Origin: Tubiluchus corallicola
Taxonomy: Eukaryota > Animalia > Priapulida
Direction of reading: 5' to 3'
Assembly (NCBI GenBank): GCA_030141605.1
Contig: JAQGDQ010000346.1
Span: 39,742 to 103,741 of the forward strand
DNA: 64,000 bases
Positions 33,298 through 47,215 of the stretch are shown here, in pieces. Both the position numbers and the translations under genes were made by a program. Below the pieces are notes generated by a model. It ran no database searches. It worked only from the letters and a program-made list of their open reading frames with translations, and was not told the origin of the DNA. Each line of letters starts with the position of its first letter. Position 1 is the stretch's first letter.

Positions 33298-36258
33298 ATG
33301 GCGAATCAACAGGTGTGCAAGGTTCATTTCGACGTATTCCTAAAGACGTGTATTTTGGTTTTTATGGGTAAGTTTCCGCATGTTCATTTGTTCTGTATAC
33401 CATTAACAAGAGCTGAGCAACTTAAGCCATGATTAAATTATTAGAAGTTCTCTGCTGTGCTGTTTCTGGTTGTTCAGATGACAAAATCGCCTTTCAAAAC
33501 TCAAGGGAAGTTGTGTTTAATATAATGTAAGCCTTATTTCTATTCTATGGTAATTGTTTTACATCATCACACGTGTTTATTTCAAACATTTGAGCGAGTA
33601 GAGCTTTAAATTATAAAAATTGTGTAGTATAGTAAAGTTTTTATATATACTACACAATTTTTATAATACTGTAATGTCATTATTGTTCTTTATATTGCCA
33701 TTGTTCTTTGTATTGTTCTTATAATATAGCATAATATGGATATGATGCTATTGTCGGGCAATAATGGTAAATTTATATTTTCATAATAGTATGTGCATCA
33801 GGAGTGAAATCAGCTTGCCCTCCAGAAGCAGGTGAAGATGACTCTCATGTGATTGATTTTGAGTTCATTCCTGAAGATCAGTATGACAGAAATTACTCGG
33901 ATATTACTGTACGAATATACTTTGTAGAATAGGTTTTTACAAGGTTTAAATAAGTAGCACATATTAAATCGGCTTAATAATAACAATAATAATAATACAA
34001 ACCAGAGGTGAAAACTTTTGAGGTTATGGTGAATGGCAGAGTGGTCACAATGGGTGATTTGCAACCAAAGTAAGATGAGGCTAATGAGTGAGCTGTTCCT
34101 GACCACTTGAGTTTAATACTCACTGTTCAATTCGTTATACTGTTTTCGGTTTGCCTCTTTGAATGATGTTAAGCAAGAATGTATTCACTCCCAAACGTGC
34201 CTAGGATACCGCTGCTGGTTCAGTGGATCATCTTAGAGGTTTATCCCTAAAAATGAGTGAAGTTGTTTGACTCTGTTGAGTGCAGGATTCTTTCAGTGTG
34301 CCAGATCGAGTAAAAATTTTCTAGCCAAGCAACAAAATTTCAAATTCGTTTTTGAGAGGTAGTCCAAACATTACCATGTCAGAATAAAGATTTGCCATAC
34401 TTCTTTAACATTAGCTGTTGTGATGCTTTTCTTTTTGTATTATTCTATTAAAAGATTTGTAGTAACTCACACAAGTTTGTAATTCAGTTTAACCTGAATA
34501 AACTTTATAGATAGATTTTTAATTAAAAGTAACGTATTCAAGCCAATTTTATTATAGGCACGTAAAATGTTTATAGTTAAAAGCAACACAACTTTATTAA
34601 AAACTTTTGCATTAAAAAGTTAAAATCATGCCAAATGCATTACTTATTTGGCTTCTGTTAACTACTTAATTAGTGAATAATAGGCTCTGCCTTGTTTGTA
34701 AATCTACCATTGATGATGACAGCAGCAGCTAGTTGAAACGTTTGGCATGATTTTAACTTTAATTTTTTAGTGTAAAGTTTTTCATAAAGTTGTTTTATTT
34801 TTAACTATAAATGTAACATATTCATTTGTGTAACAGCAAAAATTTTTGCAAATTTGTCTCTAATTAAATCTCTACTCTGGTAAGTTTTGTGTTACTGATT
34901 TTATAGTCACAACTTTATTGTTTAATACTCAGGGTATTTATATGAAGACAGTAAAATCAGTAACATCAGAAACACAAGATTACAGGCTATTGTGTCAATT
35001 TATGTAGGATGAAGGGAAAAGGCCATTGGGATTCATGAGTGGAATTTTGTATTACTTTGATGAAGACAAACCAAATCCTTGCATTCGGATAAAACTAGTT
35101 AATAATAGATGGATAGAAACGATGGCAGAAACCGCACCGGCTGGAACTAAATTATGGTAATTTATTTTATACGTATTTCTAACAGTGACCAACTTGGTTA
35201 AGGTATTAGTTTTTAATAATAACTTTCTTTTTGGACAATTTTTTTGTCAAGTTACGTAAAAATGTATTTACAATGTGAACTAAAGTAGAAGCCATATTTG
35301 AAAATTCTCATTTATTTTGCAGCTTTAGAGACAGTGTTGGCTCTCTTGAAAAATGTGACTTATCGGTATGTATTTATTATTGCTTAACAAGAAATTAGAT
35401 ACTATTATTATAGCTAACTTTTTGTGCTAATGTTTTGATTTTCGATCTCGTACTAAATTTCTAAGTTTGTTTTTTCCTTGATATGCCATTGTCATAGGTC
35501 ATTTTCCTATATGTTTCCACTGTGGCTTATGGCATTCCCTAACAAATTACTTATTATTGGGTAATTTTTAGGGCACTATATATGCTTGCCAAGAATCTCG
35601 AGCAAAAAACGAGATCTACTTCGAATTTTTCTGTGATCAAACATGTTCGCAGTCCGATGTCAATTTCTGGTATCGTTTTACCTTGAATGAAGGTAAGTTA
35701 TGTTATGCTTTTTCAAGCGACAGATGGCGCCACTGTGTATCTGGTATTTGGTGTTGGTATTCGTAAGCTAAAAAATCAACTATTATAAATGAGTGTGACC
35801 AAACTACATAGAACTAAGATTTGAGTTAAATAATTCAGTGCCAGACTGATAATCAGATAAGTGTTATACAATAAAAGAGTTATTTATTCATCTGAAATTA
35901 ATATTTTAAAATCTTGAAGCTTAATATATATATCTTCTTCTGTGCAATATTTATTCTAATTTATTATATAATTAGGCCTATACTGTGAAGTGTTCAGTGA
36001 AAGAATGTTACCGTGCATTTCTCCTAATTCAAACAAACGTTTTTTGCAGTGGGAGCAGATCCTGAACTTTGGTGTATGAGCAGGGATGCAAATGAATATC
36101 CCAGCACATTGTTACCTCCATTTCCTCCGAGCTATAGTCCGAATCCAGTTTCATCAACGACTCGGGGCAATGGTTCTCCTATAATTACTGTGTCTACGTC
36201 AGTTTTGTTATATGCATATTATTGTGTATTACGCCTTTTACTATTTTTTGATTGCTGA
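33298..36258 (+). CDS. Secreted Cys-rich, probably GPI-anchored protein of unknown family; possibly a nonsense allele or pseudogene
   Basis: join(33298-33367,33445-33526,34837-34879,35008-35156,35323-35365,35572-35692,36050-36258). aacATGg start, all GT-AG with matching phases. Signal peptide ...CILVFMEVLCCAVSG; Cys-rich body (PCIRIKL...KLCFRD...CDLSGTIYACQE...FFCDQTCSQSDVNFWYRF...LWC); Pro/Ser/Thr spacer; GNGS then a hydrophobic C-terminus. Exon 3 has an in-frame TAA at 34865-34867. Confidence 0.75.
34570..34811. mobile_element. MITE-like inverted repeat element
   Basis: tttatagttaaaa...aaagttaaaatcatgccaaa pairs with tttggcatgattttaacttt...ttttaactataaa. Confidence 0.65.
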
Positions 36259-39200
36259 TTCTGTTAATTTAATTTTGATAATTTTCTGGTGCTATAATAA
36301 GAATATGATACATTAATTATTGTAACTTATTTTATGGTTATATAAGCCTATTATCGTCTTTTTCATCTTTTACTAGGTCCCTATTTATTGACTCTTAGAT
36401 TTACAAACTTGTTTTTATAACCGTTTTTGTAGTCTATGAAAATGCATGCATTAGTTATCACAAATTACTGCACGATTGTAAACCAATTGTGCATAAAATA
36501 TACACAATTATTACAGTGGAATAAATTATTGATTATGTACAAATTTATCTTGTTGCTGATTGACATTATAATAAAAAATGTTTTACTTTTAAATTTCAAT
36601 GTTGTTACTTTTTACTGTTTTGTTCAGATATTACGTACATATGCAAACAGCAGTGCTCGTATTGCAAATTTGCGCAGTGTAGGCAAAAGCTACGACTTCA
36701 TATGCACAGAAGGCGCATTGCGGCTGTTTCCATGCGACCTTAAACGTTATGCGTATTAACAAAGCTCACGGCTCTCTTTGTGCCATTTTTGTTCGCTATT
36801 CGTGAAAATTGCTAGAAATAATTTTTGGAAAGCATGTCTCTGTCGAAATTTAAGTGTGACAATACAGATGCAGCATTAGCTTATTATTGTACTATTAGAT
36901 GGAAAATTCAAAAGAAATCGCAGCTTTTGGGCGCACGACATTTTGTAGTGAAGAGAACATACGGCATGTATCATCATCTTGTGAAAAAAAAGCAGTCAGA
37001 TGCACAACACATAACTGCATGCTTCTTCCACTTTTCAAAAAGTCAAATAGAAAAAATATTGTTTGTAGGTCCTAAAGTGACCAAAACTCACAGAAAGTTA
37101 AACAGCGAAAATGGTCACCAGAAACTTGAAAACTCGCTATAATCATCTAGGCAACGGCGGTTTCCCGTCTGCGTATTGCTGCGTGATGCGTATTCGGACG
37201 ATAGCGATCACGTTCGAATGAATACGGATCACACAGCATGGATTACGCATTACGTACACATGGAAACACTTCTACATGTTTAAATACAAAATGTCGTATA
37301 CGGATCACGCATAACGTACACATGGAGTCGTACCTTTAGAGTATGTAGCTACCGGTTAAAACTGTTAGCTTTACATAAAATCTAAGCTATGTTTAGCATG
37401 CTAAATAGTTGTCACTGTTCTCCTGGTAGGACGCAACTTAAAGCTCTGGTCAAGTAAGCTGTTTCTCCTTGGACTACACATCTATATCACTTCCACGAAT
37501 AATAAAAACTTAAGTGCTTTTGAGGAGGAGCAAATAGTTTATATTAACTCTCTATCATTTATAAGGTGAAGGTTATCAAAGCATTTCAAGTTCAATTGAA
37601 TGATATGTATCGGAATGTAGACAGCTGATCTAAAGAAACCAAACTCATTTGAAGGATATTGTGCATTAAAGTTAGGAAGGAGAAACAGTATTTAATCTCA
37701 TATGAGCTATCTATTTGCTCGCAACATTTACATTTCATTCACACGAGTAAATAATCTATTAGACTAGCATAGTATTTCTGTAATAAACCCATTTCAGCAA
37801 GACCTGTGTAATGTTTTGGTAGTAGCTACATTATACAATTTACATGCCAAATTGGTGTTTTGTCCATTCACTATGGTCTATATTTAGATGCATCATTTCT
37901 GGGTTATTGCTTGTTTGACCCGAATTAAAATGGCATTAACTTAATATTAATCTTTAAATATATTTATCAATATTGTACAGTGTATACATCTACATCTTTA
38001 TAAAATAATATTGTAACGCGGTTAATGATATGCATGCTTTTGTTATAGTTAGGGTGTGGAGTCGTTTAGGTTAGATTACTAATATTAATACAGTTCTGTA
38101 TTTTTAAATAAGTATAAAAACTACAGCTATGAGAAGACGTACAGAAGTACAAGCTCGTGGAAGACTAAACTGCGTTAAAATTATTACAAATTGTTTTATA
38201 AAACCGTGTAGTTTTATTGTATTATACTGCCAGAGGAAATTAGTTGTGTAAATGAACTTACTATATTAGTTATTCCACTGTGTCGTTTCATTTATATCTT
38301 TGGAGTAAAGACGACGTGTTTGTGAATTTGTAGTTGTCAGAATGTCAAACGAATTTATAATAAATTTCCAATAACATTCCCTCCATAGTTGCACAATTCT
38401 TTAGAAATATAAGAAGAGCAATTTATACTTTGCCAATATAATCAATTTTATTATAGATATATTAATACAATAAATAATAATTTTTGTTCGAAAAAAATAT
38501 TATGAAATCCGAAAATGTGGTCATACATGCTATGTAGTTGCTTACACATTCATGAAAAACTTTTCTAAGTTTTTGTTTTACGCTAAAATTATAGCAGAGT
38601 ACAACCATACTAGAGTACATCCTTAAATTATCACCTGAGTCATTCATAAAATACAACATTTTTGGTATAACAAGTTGATTCGGAATTTTGAATTCTTTAA
38701 GTCCTAAAACTTAGTTCTATAGGAACTAGGATCTTCTGGAAAACAACGTTAATTAAGAATAACTTAATCGATCAAACTCCTGCATAACACCTTGTATTCC
38801 TCAACGTTCCTTTGCTGAATACCTGTCACCGCTTAGCGCTTATGTGTCACCGCAAACAAAGCGTCATCTAGCGTGAGTCACACTTGTTCGTTTCAGAAAT
38901 GCTGATCTCGAGGAGTTACTCACTCTAGTAGCAAAATGGTGAATCATTCACCACAGAATTTTAATTTTACCTGACAAGGCTTCAACGTTGGGCTTCTCAG
39001 TGACTAACCGCTGGCTTCCCAAGTGTGTGCCTCTGCATCACAATTGATGTTGATGGTGGTTATGATGACGACGGCAGCGGCGGCGATAATGATGATGACG
39101 ATGATGATGTGAATATAACGAAATTGTATGGTAGTGATAATGTGTGAAAAACTTTAAATTTTTTATAGAACAAACAAATGGCACAAACAACGATCATACA

Positions 39201-41125
39201 TCGGGCCATGCCAGCGATTGCAGTTGGTAAGGATGACAGGTTGTGTAAATCCGCTTTGTTCTCTACTTAAAACCTCAATATCGCATAGCTACAGTTTAGC
39301 ATTTAGCGTTCAGCGCCAATAATTGATAATAATCCTTGAAACTTGCTTCAAGCTCTTGAAGTATCAGCTTTGCCTTGAAACCTTTTGAAACATCACACCT
39401 TTCTTGAAATATATTAGCTACCTTCAGATTTCTGTAATTAACTCCAATTATCTAATCAACACTAATTAATTAATTAATTAATTAACTCAAAAGATATATA
39501 GTAATTTATAAAAAAATAAAGCAAATAATGGACGACTAAAATTTGATATTTTTAAAGTTAGATTTTATTGTTATATTTACACATGCACTTTGCCTTCTTT
39601 AATACCAACAGAATCATTATTATTAAACTTGATAGCACACGTGACTACCTTATTTTATGTCGCGAGGTTCAACCAATAGCAGTCATATCCCTTACTAATT
39701 ATGCTTTTCAGTAAATGTACTTGTCTATTAGTTAACTGATCAGATATCACTCGCCACTAAAACATCTAGCCGAAATAAGTAAGTTCAGATAAATAAAGGA
39801 CAAGAAAAAGCCTAGGTAAAGCAAGTCTCAGAAAATTTTCGCAAAAGGATTATAACCGTTAGAGGCAATCTTAAGCGTTTATCATACTCACGTTAAAAGA
39901 ATTTCCTGTTTGTTTTCATTTTAAATACTCCCGCGAGACTGTCACGGCGGCGCCATATTAGATGACGTCACAGAACCACAACACAAATCTTTATAGTACA
40001 CGTGCTCAAAACTCACAGCTACTGTGTTCGAGTGATTTCATGCCACATGATCAGTTGCAGGCTCTTTTCAATTGGCGGACTAAATGAAACATGTCTGCTC
40101 CAACGTTTACTGCAGCGGTTGAAATATTTTACAAAAATTGGAATTAACGCAAAAACGTCAGCACTTTACTCGCTTAGGGTTAAACTTTGGTGATATAATT
40201 TTTTTGCGAATTTCCCGAGGCTTACTTTGGTTGGCAATTTTCTTGTTCTTTAAGCAAAATAAGTCATTTGATGTTTGGACACGATTTGGTAATTGTAATT
40301 AAAAACAATTCATGTTAAGTAATCATTTTAGCAAGCTAAACGTGCTGCACTAATATCTTCGTGAAGAAACAAACAAAATTTCTTATAAATTTTAGTGCTA
40401 ATATTAATTTTTAGTATATTCTCGGTTTTCTGAAAATATGTTCCTGGTATCTCTTAGAAATCAGCACAGATTAATGTCTGTTTGTAAAGGTACGAAAGAC
40501 ATTGTTTTAAAATGTCTCTACCTCAGAAATTATTTATTTGTCTTCTGATGATGCGGTTGTTTGTAGGAAAAAAATTCGACAGTTTTTAAAACAAGGATTT
40601 TCCTGAATGTTGAAACAACATTTGGCTGATCTTGAAATAAATCGCTTTCGCCGCCCGGCAACACTGTTCAACACTTTAGTCAGGAGTAAAAGCTGATTAA
40701 GGTAGTCGAGTGACTAACAGTCAGCCAATAGCCTGTAGCATTTGTACATCCTAGAATTCTTGCAAGGCACTGAAACGTGCAGGCAGAAGAAGAGCCAAAA
40801 TAAAGATGTTAAATTAAACAACAACGAATTGTTCAAGTGGATTCATAACTATCAACGTGAGTGAACGTTACGTTTAACCTGTTTAATTACGTTAGACGGA
40901 TTGCGGATTTGTTGATTTTAGGATAAAAAAGGAATTTTTTAGGGGTTTTAAGACGACATCCGGACCTCTCAGATTAGGTGTGTAATCTTCTTATCTATCT
41001 GGACGTGGACGGGTTAGCAGTTCAATTGCTGTTGTTGCAAAATCAGTGGCAGTGGAGCACCGTGTAGTTTTCCTTCTGTAAAGCACTGCGATCCTCCAGG
41101 ATAAGTTTGATTAATAGTTGGGAGG

Positions 41126-41330
<205 letters not shown>

Positions 41331-41435
41331 ATTTGGCGGGATAACCCGTTCAGTCAGCTGATCGCGCTGGCAGTCGACGCACGGATCGCATCAACGCCGG
41401 CTCTGCTGCTGCGCTGCTGCCGCTCTGTAGTTATC

Positions 41436-41799
41436 ATGGTATATTGTCGCTGTGAGCTATCCCTCCTTCTGCTGATTCTCATTATGTGTGCCGATTCGGC
41501 GAGTATCAAACGATCAGCAGAGTCGGAATCTAGTAGGTGTCAGGGGTGTTCTACTCAGAACAAGGAAGAGAGTGACAAGGTGCGGCTAGAGATCATTCGG
41601 CAGCAGATTCTCGAAAAACTGCGGCTACCGGAAGTGCCGAATATCACTCGACCACTTCCGAAAGATGTGTTGCTTAGAGCTTTGGATAAAATTGATCCAC
41701 AAGTGATGGCAGATGTAGGCGAGGAGTCGACTAACAGAAAACCCGTGCCTAGTGAATATTATGCCACAACTCGTGAGATCATTAGCTTTTCAGAACCAG
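41436..41799 (+). CDS. Activin/inhibin-beta-like TGF-beta ligand, exon 1 (signal peptide and N-terminal prodomain)
   Basis: MVYCRCELSLLLLILIMCADS signal peptide; CQGC; RLEIIRQQILEKLRLPEVPNIT (prodomain straitjacket); EYYATTREIISFSEP; donor CAG|gtaaga in phase 1. Confidence 0.93.
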
Positions 41800-43235
41800 G
41801 TAAGATTTTCTATTAACGTTTTGTTTTTACTAAAAAGTTGAGCTCCTACCAAATTTGCCTACTGTAGATATATTACCTGAATTGCCTAGGGGTATTTCTT
41901 TTCTAGCTTTTATAATTTATATTCTATGTGCCTTAATAAAACGAAATTCCGACTACTGTCATTCAAATAAATTAGCTCTCAGGCCATAGTTTGTACTTAA
42001 TATTTTGAAAGAAAAACACTTAAACGTAATTATTGCTTGCTAGAGTTAACATAACAGAATTGAGAAAACAAAAATTTTGAACTGTTCTATTTGATCTAAG
42101 AAATAGGTCCGAAATTGCATATTTTTTAAAATGAAGACTAACACTAAAAGTTCCCCAAGTATTCGATTACGTAACGCTCTAGCCTTATGGTTCCTCGACA
42201 GGGAAATAATCAGTGTGGTTCTTCGCGTACTTCATTAAAAAATTGAATCCTCGCGTACCACTCACAGATTGGCAGTTATGTATACTTCATTGATTTTGCA
42301 AAAATGATATCGGTCCAGTAGCAAAGTAAGCAATATCGTCTGCAAAAATAATTACAATCTGAAAATATCGGGATTTGTTAAAACCACCATTTTAAACAAA
42401 TGCATATCTTAAATTTACATGTTTGAATAACTTTTAAGCATTGTTATTTGTTGTATTCGTTCGTTCTTTGGCTCGTTCGCCCCCCCATTCGTTTTTTTGC
42501 TTAATACAAGCTCTGATTCGTTTATCTACCCTTACAATTTTACGCATTTCCATTTCCGCGATAATTTTGTCACAGTTCTGTTGAAATTTGAAAAGAATTC
42601 TAACGAAATCAATGTGTGCTAAAATGTTTAAGAAAAACACTGCTTTCTTTTTTATAAACACATGGCAGCGGTGACTTCTTGGATAAACAAACACCCTTTG
42701 CTAAAGGAAGCTGATATGTTTTTTGAATGAGAAGTTGCCCCTGCGGGGGAACATTTTTCCTATTTTTACTTGGAGATCACGACTTTATCCAAATTTACTC
42801 GTAGCCACTAAATTCCTTAATCTTCACTAAGTTTACGTGGACACATTCTGCCTCGTAGCAAAATACCATGCATGACGAATTGCAATTCAGCGTTAATGAT
42901 TTATGCAGGCGTTCAGAGCATGTCACATGTCAATTTCTGACAATGCTAGTAGCTATAATTAAACCTACTGAAATCCATACTGCTGTCAGTTTGACATGGT
43001 GAGTGAGAGCTCAAGTTTTTGACCGAGTTGCACGTAGAACAATGCTAATCTATTGGATGGTAGCTGGGCTGATCAAAGGCACTAGGTATATAATAGCGCT
43101 GGTATGCGAGCTGCAGCAGCAATCTAGGCCAAAAACGTGCCGAACAATCTTTGCAAAAACTGGCAGGTAAACATACAGGTAACCAGGTAAAACATCGTTA
43201 ATCACCACGTTGACTCCTTGCTTCTTATCTTGCAG

Positions 43236-44104
43236 GTGAACAGCTGGGGTCAATGCAAGGGGTCACGTTTAGTATCTCACACGATAATCCCAGCTCTCTA
43301 GAGGTGATCACTGCCAAGCTGTGGCTACTTCTTCAACACAAGGACATCTATGTCGCCTTCCTCAAACAGGTGTTTGCGAATTTGAACCGGAAGGTCACCA
43401 TTGACGTGTATCGAGCTGTAAATGGCAGCTCTCTGGTTGATCTGGCCAATGTAGGTGAAAAGTTACTAAAAGTTGCTTCTGTTCGTGTACCAGTTGTCCA
43501 TGCTGGATGGTTGATGATAGACTTACCGCTGAGACCTATTCAGCAGTGGTTTGATGGGCCATTAAATCAAAAACTGGATTTATTTATAAGGTGTGTAGAT
43601 TGTGGTGTTTTCGTGCAGCCAGTTGTTATTACCAGCGAGAGAGAAGAGTCCGAAAATGCTGACGGTAGCAGCCGGACGGCGGGGATCAAAAACGTGGGAG
43701 ACAATAGACCATTTCTAGTCATGCAGACCAAAGCTAAGCCTAAAACAGAGCAAACTCGGCATAAACGATCTCTAGACTGTGTGGATGGTAGCGAATTCTG
43801 CTGTCGTCAGCCGCTTTATGTAAACTTTACAGAAATAGGTTACGACCAATGGATAATAGCACCTTCGGGTTACAACGCATATCACTGCACTGGCAGTTGT
43901 AATGTTGCGTTTGATCCTGAACAGCCTATCCATGGTCAGCTAATGCAACTCTACAGGCACAAGAACCCGTCTTCAAAGCCTGAACCGTGCTGCTTTCCCA
44001 AGTCATTTTCGCCCATGTCTTTAATATACGTAGACAAAGACATGAACATCATCAAAGCAGAATTGCCTAATATGATAGTAGAAGAGTGCGCATGCGCACA
44101 TTGA
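43236..44104 (+). CDS. Activin/inhibin-beta-like TGF-beta ligand, exon 2 (prodomain arm, furin site, mature cystine knot); 410 aa in total
   Basis: Acceptor cttcttatcttgcag|GT in phase 1. RPFLVM, then RHKR furin site and a mature domain with 9 Cys (SLDC...CCRQPLYVNF..IGYDQWIIAPSGYNAYHCTGSC...PCC.P...LPNMIVEECAC). This is the activin/myostatin/TGF-beta pattern, not the 7-Cys BMP pattern. AATAAA at 44127. Confidence 0.96.
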
Positions 44105-45275
44105 CGTGTAGCGCCGCGTAGCGCCAAATAAAACGCCATTTTGATCTGTGATCTAGATTTAAACACTCCCCCACGTACTTGGTACACCATTCAGTATTGT
44201 GGGTGCACTTATGGGACGTTGCACAAGGGCACCATGACCTGTGATTGTGCATTTAGTATTAAATGCTCGGGGCCCAGTGAGATAAAACTATGAACCGCAA
44301 AATGTCTACAAGACTCTAAAAGTAGCCTAGTAGACCTCATATTCTTGTCTGTGATTAGTTAGGCTACAGCTCGTCTAAAATAAGAATATAAATTTAATTG
44401 TTCAAATAAAACCGTGGTGACGTGTTTCGGAGGACGCCTTTTCAAATTACTTTTTATAATATATTTTAGATAATAAGTGCATTGTCGTCTACTCCTATGT
44501 TTCAAAGACAAGTGCTTATTCGACCAAAAATGCCCCCGTTTTAAATTCTAATGGCTATAGCCTCGATTGGGCCTAACTTTGCGTGTTTCGTTGCGGGCAA
44601 AGCTGTTAAAAATAAAAATCCTGAATGAATTTCTGTCATTAACATTTTACTTGGTACTACTACCTAACGACTTTTGCCTGGCAATGATCTCGATGTAAAA
44701 TAATTTAAGCATATTTTATGTAAAGCAAGTTTGTGTATAAAAATTCGTTAAAACATACAGTAATCATAAGCCTTTATTTGTAAAATCTTCAATGAAACAT
44801 CTGCAAAATCAAGGGCATTTAGTGTATTAATATACTGACAGCGTAACAGTAGGCTAAGGTAGGTTATCGCAAATTTATGGAAAAGTTGCACAGGGTCTTG
44901 ACGCCACTTTATAAATATTTTTACTTTCTAAAGCATCTAGAATTGAAAAGTGGGTGATATTATACAGACTTTATTCTAGCAATGGGTTTCAGGTTAAAGT
45001 ATTAAGCAGCCATTTAATCAGTAGTGTCCTCTTTGGATGTTATTTTTTCATTTAAAGAGCCATTAATAACATTACAAGTCTGTGGTCCAAAGATTTGCTA
45101 AAACAGCAATCTTTTTTCTTGGACTCTTCCCTACTACAACCTAAGACTACCTACGAATATGAAATTAAATTGAGTTTATACGTACATACGTATAAATTAT
45201 AATCAAATTTTGCTTTTGTAAATAATCATCACGACGGCATTTAGTCACTAAAAATTTTATTTTGTCTGTTTGTTA

Positions 45276-45413
45276 CGGCGCGTTCAGATTAGAGAGTTTT
45301 CTCTTTGAGTGTTCTCGCAATGAATAGAGTTTGTCTGCAAGAAACACGTGAGAGAACTCTCAGCAACTTTCGGAGAGAACTCTCAGAGAAAACACGCTAG
45401 TGTGAACGCGATG
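45276..45413. mobile_element. PIF/Harbinger-like MITE (~140 bp, palindromic)
   Basis: cggcgcgttcagattagagagttttctc pairs with gagaaaacacgctagtgtgaacgcgatg; flanked by TTA and TAA. Confidence 0.6.
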
Positions 45414-46292
45414 TAAAGAACATAATCTGCATCGTTTTACTAAAAGATTATGGATTATGTATTTATATTTTGCAAAAGTATGAACTTTTTGTATGCTGAC
45501 AAGGCTTCAGTTTCTGCTTCAGGTTTCGGTAACTTAGGTTAGTACATATGTGATATTAATATTAGGTATTGCATTTAAGTATTTGGTAAAGTGTTTAAAT
45601 GCACATATGCATAATATTCACTCTTTTTCATAATTCTAACTAGGTTATGATAATCTTGTACAAACAGTCCAGTAAGGATTGCAAAACTGCTATAAGCAGA
45701 CTACTGATAGGATTATGTATTGATTTATTTTGTAGTTAATATTCACGATAATTTTCACTTTTCAGCAAATTAACACAAAATTTTAGTGCTATTTGGAAAG
45801 CCTTTAAAACTTACATTCTGTTTATCAAACCACTCTTTAATCAGGCAAGTTGCAGTGTGTAACTAATATTTTGTTTCAATGTTTCGACTATTCGTCCTTG
45901 TCATGATCATCTTAGGTACTTCCCTGTATGCAACATAGCACCATAATTTGGTGCCACGTTTTCCGCTCTGCTGTCCTATCCCAAGTATCTACGCTGTTTG
46001 AGTAGTCTTTTTTCAGGACATCCAAACATGTGATCAGCTGTCCTCCTCTTGGTTTCTTTACAGGTACTAGAAGTGGTGCTGACAAACCACTGACTTTAAT
46101 TTTATTTTAAATTGAAATTTAAATGTCTGTGCACTCATCCTTTTGTACTGTGCGTCTGTTTTCCCTTATCATGTCGTTGTTTCGGTGCTGCTACGTTCTA
46201 AAAAGTCATGTTATGTCCCACATGTTGATGCCACGCATTCCTGTCTTCTGCCGCTGCCCACAATGCATCATCCCTCAAATCTAGAGTTGTAT

Positions 46293-47215
46293 AAGAAAAC
46301 TGAAGTTATGTACCAACCAGCCCCAGACGCCCCACAGATTCAGCCAAAGATCTTAGTGAATGGTCAAGAACTTATCTCTGTTGACAACTTCACATACCTG
46401 GGGAGCACCCTTGCCTCAGCTGCCAACATTGATACAGAAATCAACAACAGAATTGCCAAGGCTAGCGCTTCATTTGGAAGACTTCGCTCCAACGTATGGG
46501 ACAGGAGAGGCATCAGAACCCCCACAAAATTGAAGGTGTATAGAGCTGTCGTCATCACCACTCTCCTCTGTGCCAGTGAATCCTGGACATTATATAGCAG
46601 ATACGTAAAACAGCATAACCACTTTCACATGGCCTGTCTGAGGAAAATCCTGCACATCAAGTGGCAGGACAAGGTGCCAGACACTGAGGTACTTAAAAGA
46701 GCTGACCTCCCCAGCATCCATACACTCCTCAAAACACAAGTTCGGTGGGCGGGACATGGGATTCGCATGCCAGACAACCGCATACCAAAGAAGATGCTTT
46801 ATGGAGAACTTTTGTCTGGAAAGAGAAAGGTTGGACGACCAAAGAAACGCTTCAAAGACAGCCTGAAGGCTTCACTCAAGGAGCTCAGCCTGGATATCCG
46901 CTCAATGGAAACCCTTGCACAAGATCGCTCAGCATGGCAGAGTGCCATCACCTCAGGGGCTAAGACAGCAGAGGCGAAAAGAATTGAGGAGGCAGAGGAG
47001 AAGCGCAGGAGACGCAAGGCATGTGACACTGCCCAACAACAGGTCAAAACACCCAGCCTCACCTGTGCCAAATGCCAAAGAAGTTTCCAGGCCAGAATTG
47101 GCCTAATCAGTCACCTTCGAGCTCATCAAAGGAATGATAACCCCCAAACTGACTCTTTAATGTCTTTATCCCTGTCACTATGGTCATCTTCGATTCGAAG
47201 GACAAACATCATCAT
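46293..47215 (+). mobile_element. 5'-truncated RTE-clade non-LTR retrotransposon (post-RT region, C2H2 finger, 3' tail)
   Basis: KKTEVMYQPAP, FTYLGSTL, EINNRIAKASASFGRLR, TKLKVYRAVV, WQDKVPDTEVL, RWAGH..RM, YGEL..GKRKVGRPKKRFKD, CAKC...HLRAH; ends tggtcatcttcgattcgaaggacaaa(cat)n. The frame is still open, so the insertion is young. Confidence 0.92.

Noticed and set aside
38012-38376. Second solo LTR
   Set aside because: TG...CA ends and TATA-like motifs are present, but I found no matching target-site duplication.
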